A stretch of DNA of 63,963 nt, counting the filler, from Collodictyon triciliatum (taxonomy: Eukaryota), in NCBI GenBank assembly GCA_043381765.1. It is 7 parts of 7 records of this genome, joined end to end, with 100 filler letters (N's around TTAATTAATTAA, not from the genome) between each part and the next. Parts side by side here need not be neighbours in the genome. Positions count along the whole stretch, not along the records: positions 10,911 to 23,318 come from JBHJMP010000365.1; positions 23,419 to 28,663 come from JBHJMP010000366.1; positions 28,764 to 34,420 come from JBHJMP010000367.1; 4 more parts are not named here. One strand, written 5' to 3'. Shown one piece after another: positions 20,137 to 31,266 of the stretch. Position 1 is the first letter of the stretch. Every line of letters begins with the position of its first letter. The notes beneath the pieces are model-generated. The model ran no database searches. It was given only the letters and a program-made list of their open reading frames with translations, and was not told the origin of the DNA. A program made the position numbers and the translations under genes.

Positions 20137-23075
20137 CAGTTTACTGCGATATTATAAAACCAAGCAAATTCATTTTGATAAAATTTGAGGAAAAAGAAAA
20201 GAAAATAATAGTTAATACCGAATCACTAGACGTAACCGCCCGATTGTAGTAGTGTATATCAATCTTAACAGACCCTGTAGTAGTACACTTTTCCTAGAAT
20301 TTATTTAAATATCTTATAAGTTGGCGAAAATCTATTGGAAAAATTTGAAGAAAATAAAGAAAAATAACAGGATAATCAAGAGCTATCTTTCTTAAATTAG
20401 GGGGTTCCCTTGGTTAAGAATATCGCACATTGCCTTTGTAGAGACTGATGATCGACGAAGCCCTTTTACGTGGTGTTGGGGGCTTCGAAAATTTTTGATC
20501 TTCAGCAACTTGTGATGGAACGTCAGACTCCGGAGGTGTCGCGTTAATATCCAGCGAGAGTTCTCATGAAGCGACAAAGTCAATAGAGTGAGTGAATATT
20601 GTCAGCAACCATACAAGATAAATGGATATAAGTAAGTTGATACCATGATATCTAGAATCCTCAAAATTTTGCAAAGGAAGTAAAACGGAGCCTAGCTTTG
20701 TGCTGGACCTATGCTCGTTCTATAAAGTAGAGTCTACGTATTTAAATTCCGTTGTTTTTTAAAGGAAAAATAATACAATTTCATGTATTTCATAGCCCCT
20801 ACATTACTACATAGAGATACTAAGATGTATTCATTCTTTTGCGTCATTATCCTAGAATACAAGGAAATCAGACAAAAATACAATTAAAAATATAATTACT
20901 AAAAAATCGCTTGAATAAAAAAAATCATAGCTTGATATAAGATCCAAATAGGAATAAATAAAGGCAAGACAACGCATAAGCCTTTCAATAAAAAATGACT
21001 GAGGAATAATATGTGATTTGATGATGGAAATACTAATAGAAAAATCCATACATAGATATATGCTCATTCCAGATTGGTTCGAGGCATCTCTTTCTTGGTT
21101 TGCATTTCCATTTATTCCCAGAAGGTATTAGTTTCAATTTGACGAATGGATTAGAACTTGTTGGATAAAAGGAGCCATCTGCATAAATAGTCAATTGAGA
21201 GCATCAGAAAACATGAAAAATAAAATAGCTACAACAGCATGCTTAACATACGTCTGTCCACCGGCTTTACATTTGTAGCTGACCGAACTGAAGCAAATAA
21301 TAGAATATTTACTTAATAAAATAAATTTGGAGACGCTGAATAGTACTAAATGATATTTAAGACATCACAATTCATGCAAATTCCTTTAAACGCATACCAA
21401 ACACAAACAATTCTCCATTTGAAGTATCCAGCTATAAAATATAAATTGCATCAAACTTATATGTTATTCTGTGTTAAATAAATATGAATATAATTCATTT
21501 CAATTCGTCAAAACTGAAAGGAATAATATATATTTGAATTCCATAGAAAAATACATTTTGCTGAGACAAAATAATCTTAAGCTCGTTAAGGTGTTGTCCC
21601 TTCCATATTCTATATGATTCATGGCCCTAATGAGTAGTATATGTTAATTTATTTCAGTTTGATATAAACTATATGATATTTGATCCAAATAATTTGGGGT
21701 TCTCTTGTTCTACAGATACGAACAATTGATTCAGGAGTCATCCACGGATGCAAATCATTTTCAATAAGACTGATAAGCTTCTCCATTTCCCCTATCATAT
21801 TCTATATTTTGATAAATGATAAATAAGTCAAATGCTGGTCAAAGAGTTTAATACTAGTATATAGAAGAGCGATATTTGTGCATGAATTGATGTGGCAAAC
21901 TCCATGCGAAGATAGTTCCCTGGATGCAAAATCATCGTATTCCGCCTCCGTGATGTCAAACAGCTGCCGAAGTAATTCAAACCTATAAGTCAGGGGTCAT
22001 TCATTCTGCCTCAAATTAAAAAAAAAAAGTTTATTCAAAAGCAATATGCTACAAGGGAAGTCTTTGATGAATACTGAATAACATTTTACTTATTTTTCAT
22101 CCACATGCGGAAGGGTTCAATATTTCTGTAGAGGGTCGGATGTAAGATGCATCGATGGAATCTCATAAAAATGTCGTTCTAGTTGGGGGTTCCAGAATGT
22201 TAGTAGACACTTTGGTTTGATTGACTCTCAAATTCTCTTTCATGACTTCTTTTCTATATAGAAAATACCAAAGTCTATCTGAAAAAACAAACAAACAGCA
22301 GGTCTCTGATGGTAATTTTTTCGAATATAAATGCTAAGAACCTTCGATAGCCCCTTCAAAACCCTGGTGCTGCGAAGTCTATCACCAATATCAATACCAT
22401 GCTCACATATAATTTCCATCATATCTAAACAAAAATAAAAGAGAATTCATTATAAAAAAAAGTTACAAGATTAATACTATGAAGAGAGATTTTTTTAATG
22501 ACAGAGATATTCAGGGGAGTAGGTATGGAATAATAACAAAAGCAATAGTTTAGATGAGTTTCATCCTCACACGAAATATAACTTTAATTAGATTAAATAC
22601 ATCAATTTCAATAAAGAAAATACAGTCAAAATCAAGCAACCATTAAAGCGGTAAGACGGATGGGAAATATGATTACAATCGGGATGCTCAGTAAACACAA
22701 TCTTCTCATCTACTGCTTTCCCATCTTCATCAAGCTCACGAACCATCCTGTCGTTTTCCTCATGCGAGAAAGTATGCTGAACGACCCGTTTTAGATACTC
22801 TACAGCTCTGATAAATAATAACCGGATGAATAAAATTGGTCAGGATAATATGGATGGGTGCTGACGAAGGGGAAAGCACAGAGCAAGCAACACAAGCAAG
22901 TGCTCTTGAATGATCGACGAAGAAGAGAGAGACGATGGCACCATCCAAGCAAAAATAAAAAAGAGGAAGAAAAGAAAGACAAGTAGAAAAGCTACAGCGA
23001 TTAAAGCACACTCATTTATTATCTTGTTTCTTACGAGGATGACCGCTGCCTCAGCATCGGGTTGAAGCGGGACAT
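10944..23075 (-). CDS. Munc13/BAIAP3-like protein: C2 + MUN (MHD1/MHD2-like) + at least 4-5 tandem GRAM/PH-like domains; 3'-truncated by scaffold end
   Basis: C2 at ~20645-21290 (SATNVKPVD..SSNPFVKLKL..WKCKPRKRCLEPIWNEHI). AILREYVIRYG at ~19520 resembles Munc13 DEFAMRYG. MHD1-like LFKAQKSMWV..VIDRCVEKDD and YSNGPLDLF at ~16865-17215. GRAM-like YSCIYQKTRHGMLYVTSNSVFF (~14380-14445), STCSYNGTSGELIFTPESLIF (~12415-12476) and YTCEHMGQYGRLWIGSHRIGF (~11530-11595). Confidence 0.75.
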
Positions 23076-23418
23076 GTATCCTGTTCCTGTCTTGTGCTTA
23101 TCCTTCTATTTGCTCGCTTTCTATCAGAAGGGAAACTTGTCGCTCTGGGATCCAGCGCCAAACTTTTTTTCGACATACAGGAGAAACAAGCAAGGAGAAC
23201 ACAACCACAGAACTTAAAAAAATAAACAAAACAAAACAAAACAAAACAAAACAAAACAAAACAAAACAAAACAAAACAAAACAAAACAAAACAAAACAAA
23301 ACAAAACAAAACAAAACANNNNNNNNNNNNNNNNNNNNNNNNNNNNNNNNNNNNNNNNNNNNTTAATTAATTAANNNNNNNNNNNNNNNNNNNNNNNNNN
23401 NNNNNNNNNNNNNNNNNN

Positions 23419-23516
<98 letters not shown>

Positions 23517-23519
23517 TAG

Positions 23520-23738
23520 ATTCATCCCTTGGTAATGCTACTTTTTATCAAGTTTCTGGAAGGTATAGAAAGCACCAAAAACTTAATGGATAGTTGGAAT
23601 CGAGTAGTAATAATAATATATAAACGGTTATACTCGGGCACACTCTCGTGGGAATTTTTCTTTTTAAACATAGATGCTAACATATATTTTGCATATGAGA
23701 GGCTATCATGTTTGGGAAAATCTATGAAGGCCCGATGA
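23520..23738 (+). CDS. Possible last exons of an unidentified gene truncated by the scaffold start
   Basis: Poly-T tract ending TTAG, a short exon with GT donor, then a CATAG acceptor and an open frame to TGA at 23738. No homology recognised. Confidence 0.25.
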   Translation: MHPLVMLLFIKFLEGIESTKNLMDSWNRVVIIIYKRLYSGTLSWEFFFLNIDANIYFAYERLSCLGKSMKAR

Positions 23739-23838
23739 GGAAAAATAGGATAAAAAGGTGTATTGTTTGTATTAAACAAACGCACTAAAGGTGAATTGAT
23801 TAGATGTAAAGGAGATGAGATGGAGCGAGAGTATGCGC

Positions 23839-24726
23839 TTATGCATGCTTCATTCTTGATTCCAAAGTGACTAGCATGTCCGTCACTCTCATTAACACCG
23901 CGTTCTGCTCCGCAATCATATTGACAACCTGGGTTATTTTGTATGATTAATCTACGAGTTGAGAGCGAAATGTAATGAAAAAGGCTGCATAACAATGTGA
24001 GAATAACTCTATGTTGTTTTTGGTCCTTCATTTCTTTAACATAAAAAAGTACGATTTTTTTTATAAAAAAAAAAAAGCAAATACTAAACAATATTATGAT
24101 ACATTGTCATTTTTTTCCTCTAGATATTCGATTCTTTTTCGGACACTGCTTTCATCCTTGACATTTGGGAGGTTATCAAGCGAGAGTGGGCGAGTGGTTC
24201 GGATTGGAGGGCGCTCGTATCCACCGAGAACGCGAATCTTTGTAACGTCCTGGCTTGGGTCACTTTCAACCACAGAGTCATGTATATTTTGAATATCGAT
24301 GGAAATACTCCTGCAATCAAGAAAAAAAGCAACGAGTTGATGTTACAACCTGAGGATAGAAAGTGTGAGATATTCATGATGGAGGGCCGACGTTTGGGGG
24401 TGTTTTATATATTAAAAAAAAAAAAGTAATCAATATCAAAATCATAACAAACTGGATTGCATTTTCCACGCGCAAAACCCGATCAAGGACGGGGTCATAT
24501 CGCCCTTCGAGTTGAAGGCGATTCAGCAAGAGAGGGTCATTGGCATACTTTACTAGAAATGTCGCTTCCCTGACATAATTTGAGGAGTAAATAGTTTGCT
24601 CTTTAAAAAATGCATGTCGCTCAAATACAAGACCAACTTTTGTGGCAATGACCCACATGAGTAAAAAGATAAAATATAAACGAAGGGAATGATGTCGCAT
24701 AAGACAACACATAATATTTTGATTGC

Positions 24727-24816
<90 letters not shown>

Positions 24817-25569
24817 TTACATACAAATTGTGTTACTGCTCTCATAATTACTTGCGATATCGGCGAAGGAAAAGAATGGACCGAATAATCTCGCTTCCGT
24901 ATTTGTACTCTGCGTACGGAGTAAGTTCGTTCCTTTTACGGAGCATCAATATTTTCCACCAACACTACATGAAATGAATCAACGTATAATTAAGGGAAAC
25001 TTAAAATAATATCATCAATTCTTAGAAGACCAAGAAAGGCCCATCAAGAATATATTTATGGCACATGATTATTAACAAAACGAGGAGGGAAGAAATAATA
25101 TTACTTGGATGACACGGGCAGCCTCGTTTTCTACTTCTTGGTCCAAAAACGCCTTTGAGACCCAGTCGACTGCGAACTGCGTTATCAATTTAGTTGGTGG
25201 CGATTTTTAATCGAAAAAAAATAAGAGCGATTAGTTGACTTGGTTCAGTTTGTATTTTTGTCTTATTGTGTATTAGAATATCCTTTTATAATGAAAGAAA
25301 CATCGTGATAAATAACTATCGGAATCTAGTACAGACTCGTTGTCTTCGGGAGAGATTCAAGAAGCCTGATGTCACGGCAACGCATAAAGAGCTTAGGATT
25401 ATCCCAAGGACACCTGCGGTCTGTGATTAAAGGATTAGATGGATAGTTGACGTTAATCTTCCGTGCGAATCGACAAGGAAATATACCACAGCGCAGATTC
25501 GTCCAAGGGTTGATTTTGCAACAACGTCACCATATCCAACTATCACAATTATGGCATGGCCCCATATTC

Positions 25570-25625
<56 letters not shown>

Positions 25626-27665
25626 NNNNNNNNNNNNNNNNNNNNNNNNNNNNNNNNNNNNNNNNNNNNNNNNNNNNNNNNNNNNNNNNNNNNNNNNNNN
25701 NNNNNNNNNNNNNNNNNNNNNNNNNAATTTTTGAATTAACAAAAAAACAAAAAATTCCATCCTTCTTTTTTTTTGTTTTGCCCCTTTTTCTTTTTTTTTT
25801 TTTTTTTTTTTTTTTACATATATACTCTGATATTTTTTCGTTACACAATCAAACAATCCTATATCAGCTTAAAAAATGGTTCACCTGTCATCATAGTAAC
25901 GGCCGTGTACTTAACATAATTGTGTGTAAGAAAAAAATTAGTCGAATGTATTTACAATAAAGCGATAGCTTTCTTATGTGTTTTCGTTTCGGTTTCTTCT
26001 CTTTTTTCTTTTTTCTTTTTTCTTTTTTCTTTTTTCTTTTTTCTTTTTTCTTTTTCTTTTTCTTTTTTCTTTTTCTTTTTTCTTTTTCTTTTTTCTTTTT
26101 ACATTGACAAGGTTAATCTGTTAGAAGGGGATGAACAGACAAAGAGAAGTTACCCAAAGCGAGGTGTCAAAATCGAAACTATCCTGAACCTCCCTGTATT
26201 TGACCGACTAAAATTAATTCTTCTGGTAAACCCAGCCCCAAGAAAGTTATATTTTTAAACATCGATAATAAGTTCTGAAGCGATTGTATTCAAGAAATAT
26301 GCAATAACCTCTCTTGTACATATATCGAAAACACCATTATAAAGTAGATAATAAGTAGGATGCAGAGCACAAACTTTCCTGTTCAAGGCAACATCAATAC
26401 GCAATTAATTAAAGAGTGATAAACCATTTGAGAGAACGGTAAGAAATACACGAATCCGAAACAAAGCAGAAACCTGGGTGATGGAAAAAGAATCTCCTTA
26501 TATGCACTAAATAACCGTCAAATGCTGTTCCCGTGCGAGAGCGCTCCCTTTTGTGATAAAATTAACAGTAAGCAGGACTAGTAACACAGTTATATGTCTA
26601 TGCCGCGGAAAACATACATTCTTTGCAAAATTTTAGCGCGATGTCGAAATACAGGACTGGAATCTCGTATCACTTTAATGGCCAGGTAAATGCGTAAAAA
26701 CATGAAAACTCCGTATCTATCAGGGTTGTCTGATGTCAGTTGATCAACGAACGGGGGAATATGCCAGATGCATATTAAGATCTCCATCATAAATCGAAGT
26801 CCGTGATTCTTGAGAGTAAGGGATAAGCGATGCAAGGAACTCAATTGATAATTCACTGTGGTGACGAAAGCCAGAATTCGGTAGCTATCCACAATCAAGA
26901 ACACTATGAATTCGGTGAAACTAAGTACCTTACGAGTCTTCTCCATTAAAAAAAAACGCCTTTTTGTGAAATTAGATTCATTTAAAAATGTACTATTATC
27001 ACGCATAAAAAAAAATACAATCATCATGTTTATCATACAAAGGACGATGGTCGAAAGGCTGGTGAGTGCTTTCAATCCATTTGTATAAAAGTTAGACACT
27101 ATCTCCTTTTCCTCGTAATCCCAATTTATGATATTCTACAGAAAGTTGATAGATTTGGAACAAAAATAGCATGTAAATTTTAAATTTCTTTTTTTTTAAA
27201 AAAAAAAAAAAAGGATAACCTATATAATTGTGCACACAAACAAACCTCGAAAACCATTAGGGCAACACCAAACATCGCCACAAAAAACGTGACGATATTC
27301 TTTTTGCGAATCTGAATGTCAAGGTCAACACGAAGGGAATATGGGTCATTGGTATTCATAAGGCGTCGAAAGTTATCTCTGCATTTATTCACATTCAGGA
27401 TGCAATATAACTAGCATATGTAAATTCGCTGTGCTCGTGAAATAATTGAATATGACACTCCAATATGAATTGAAAAAAAATCAAACACCCAACCCAAATA
27501 TATTCACGAGCGGGTTGTATCTCTCCTTCTTCATCAAAGGTACTCTAAGTCGCTTCTTTTTTGACCTTTCGTCTGTGGAAGGTGTAAATGCACGCAGCTG
27601 ATAATATGCATCCCGTGTTGAGCTCTTGACATTCACATTTGTTTGATACTGGCCGCTGTGTTTGC

Positions 27666-27701
<36 letters not shown>

Positions 27702-28446
27702 GCATCAATTAGATGAAATAGAGCCCAATAGTATATTTGAAAACGCTGCATATCTGCCACTAAGTCTATGATTGAAAGAAAAGGGGAAAGTAATATTTCG
27801 ACTCCTAGAAATCAAAATGTAAAAGATTCATAGATGGAGATGGCATTTATGTCTCATTATTCGCAAGGTTAATTCAAACGTGTTTCAGTCTATGTACAAT
27901 GAATATGCGGATGTAAGAGAAAAAATATACCGATTGACAGTCCCGTAAGACGCGCTTTCTTCTCGTTTACGTGGAGTCAGAGGAATTCGTTTGGAATCAT
28001 TTGGATGTGGAAAGGAAAGTTGCAGGGCTCCTTCAAAGTCCGCAAGACTCCTGTGAAAATAATTATTCAAATGAGACAATATTGAGACAATATCATTTCT
28101 CGGGGACAAAGAAACATGAGCGTTGATTATTACTTTTTTCGTTTTGGGATGATTGATTTGGTCAACGTGCTGGATTCTGGTGTTATCTAGATTTGCCGCC
28201 AGAGAAAAAGAAAAGGGCTGAAATGAGTAATCAAGTATACCCATAAAGCCTCCACCAATTATGGTTGTAATGTAGCAAGACCAGCGAGAATTGACAAGTC
28301 ATTATGTGCTTTATTATTAACTTGTGGAGAAAGGAAGCAATGGCCAACATCATCGTTTGATACCTCCGAATCAGCCATCCTCCCTGTGAATAGAAGAAAT
28401 CGGCCTCGTGGACTCCCGAAGTATCGTTACCTGTTTCGGGTCGATC
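23839..28446 (-). CDS. SK/KCNN-like six-TM potassium channel, 5'-partial
   Basis: Selectivity filter rebuilt across an intron: YTAVTMMT|VGYGDVVAKSTLGRIC (25887-25910 joined to 25487-25539). SK-like segments FFVAMFGVALMVFE, LKALTSLSTIVL, MEILICIWHIPP and MFLRIYL. Post-S6 ENEAARVIQ..WW helix and a C-terminal coiled coil ending ESRMKHA*. Confidence 0.85.
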
Positions 28447-29914
28447 TGAAAAAAAAAATTTACTATGGAAGTTTAAAAAAAAATAAAGAATGTATGGAAG
28501 CTACGAGGGATGTAGGAAACACAATTTCAAATGAGTGCTTTTGTTTTTTGTTTTTTGTTTTTGCTTTGTTTTTTTGTTTTGTTTTTTTGTTTTGTTTTTT
28601 TGTTTTGTTTTTTTGTTTTGTTTTTTTGTTTTGTTTTTTTGTTTTGTTTTTTTGTTTTGTTTTNNNNNNNNNNNNNNNNNNNNNNNNNNNNNNNNNNNNN
28701 NNNNNNNTTAATTAATTAANNNNNNNNNNNNNNNNNNNNNNNNNNNNNNNNNNNNNNNNNNNNAGAAGAGAAGAGAAGAGAAGAGAAGAGAAGAGAAGAG
28801 AAGAGAAGAGAAGAGAAGAGAAGAGAAGAGAAGAGAAGAGAAGAGAAGAGAAGAGAAGAAGAGAAGAGAAGAAGAGAAGAGAAGAAGAGAAGAGAAGAAG
28901 AGAAGAGAAGAAGAGAAGAGAAGAGAAGAAGAGAAAGAAAAAGAGAAAGTTTTACAAAAGAACACCCGTCCTTTTTTTTTAAGACCATTCTCCTGCTCTG
29001 CTCCACCACCTTTCATTTCCCCCTCAAAAGCTCAAGACCTGCCCTGCATCAAACTCTTTCAGTACAAGACTGAATAATAACACCATACTTTGGGAGCGAA
29101 GCCAAACAAGAAATCATTAAATAGTACAAAACGAGGAAACAGCAAAAAGCCAATACACAGAGAAAAAAAAGAAAAGAAAAAGGGAGCCAAACATGAGCAT
29201 CATCGAGAAAGACAAGATGCCGCAAACACAACCGCGAGCTCCACAAATCCTTTCAACTCATCGCTCTCTCGTGCTTAATGTCATGAATCGGAAGATATGG
29301 CTGGCAGACATGACAAAAGCAGCTTCTATCTGTTTCTTAATAATATAATCTGTGCAGAAATGACAGTGTTTACACGGGCCATACTTTCGCACTGCCTTTG
29401 AGTTGCATGTACAGAGACATGCTTTGTTGATAGCAGAGTCCTCGAGATGGATTCAGCTCTGGCACAAAAGGAGCTTGCGATGGACGATTTTGTGATGGGC
29501 ATTAATTTCGATTCTTTGATTAAGTGTGCTTTCATCTTCCTTCTTTCTTTCCTCCATCCCACTTTGACATCCACGTCTTCTGTAGATGCATTTCATAGCT
29601 TCTATGGCAGATGGATGAAAATGCAATCCGGTGATGCACTCAGTCGTATTAAACGAGAGATGTGGAGTTTGATTTTACCGAGTCCGATGTGTGCAAACGA
29701 CATAGAAAAATGCCAGGGTGATTCGGTAAAGTGAAATGACACACTCACACCCACAACGTGGCACTGGTATATAAAGAAGTTAATGCATTTATGTTGGTTG
29801 ATGTCCGTGGATTTCTTGGAGGATAATCTCCCCGAGAAGGTCAGCCGAAAAGAATGAAGTGATAATCTTCTGTTCTTGCAACACAACAGTGAGGCATCCT
29901 CTGCTATGGGACGA

Positions 29915-31170
29915 CTAACTGTTCATGATTTTGATGTTCATCTGAGCAAACTCGGCTTTTTCTTGTTCAGATATGCGTGAAAGCTCCTCAGTCTTTTGCT
30001 ATGGACCCAGTTTCATAGTCGTGTGAGTAGATGAGTATCCTTCTCATAATTCATTTTAAGTTCGAGAGAGGCTGTGCAAACGTTTCCAAAGACTCGAATA
30101 ATAAATTCAATCATGGAATATAAGAGTAAAGTGTCCAAAAATATGAACATTCATGAGTTATAAAACATACTCTAAGTTTCTCATCGAAGGAGGCGTATAT
30201 TTTTTCGTGGTCGATGATAAAAGCTCTACCCGATATCTAGACGGCAGATAAATCTTAGCGAGAGGTTACATAAAAATTAAGGTAGTCACTGACAATGTAT
30301 ATGGATAGTCTTTGAGGACACCCACATAAAAAAATTATTTGTTATTTTCTTTAAAAATAGTCGATGGACAAACAATTGGACTGAAGCCATCATCCACGCA
30401 AAGATTCAGGAAGCGAACTTGGTCTTTGAAAGAATGAGACCAAAACTGCATCGATACTAATGATACATGATGTGTTTATGCTCGTATGTTTACGTGGGAC
30501 TGGTGTCATGTGCAATTCATTCCACATTAATGAGTGAGTGATAAATGCGCGGATATACCTTTTACATAATTCCATGCAAGGTCTCCTTCTCCTCTCACAT
30601 GCCTAATTTTGCGAACCTATTTTGTGAATATAAAAACATCAATGAAATCCAGAGTATTTCATTATTTCCCACTGACGAGCACATGTGATAACAGTTGTAT
30701 GTTTCAGTATTGTTTATACCTTGAGTTTGGATTTTGAAGCATTTTCAGTAAGCTTGCTCATCAGGCCATGAACATCGAGTAGATGAAACTAGTGAGAATA
30801 GACAATCATTAAATACATAAATCAGGAAACAATCCTTTCAATGGCCACATACTATTAGGGGTTAATAATAGTAATCATAATAATCATAATCATAATAATC
30901 ATAATCATAATAATCATAATCATAATAATCATAATCATAATAATCATAATAATAATCATAATAATAATCATAATAATAATCATAATAATCATAATAATAA
31001 TCATAATAATAATCATAATAATAATCATAATAATAATCATAATAATAATCATAATAATAATCATAATAATNNNNNNNNNNNNNNNNNNNNNNNNNNNNNN
31101 NNNNNNNNNNNNNNNNNNNNNNNNNNNNNNNNNNNNNNNNNNNNNNNNNNNNNNNNNNNNNNNNNNNNNN

Positions 31171-31266
<96 letters not shown>

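Noticed and set aside
28990-29900. Short ORFs downstream of the dehydratase
   Set aside because: No coherent exon chain or recognisable motif was found; the region is probably UTR or intergenic.
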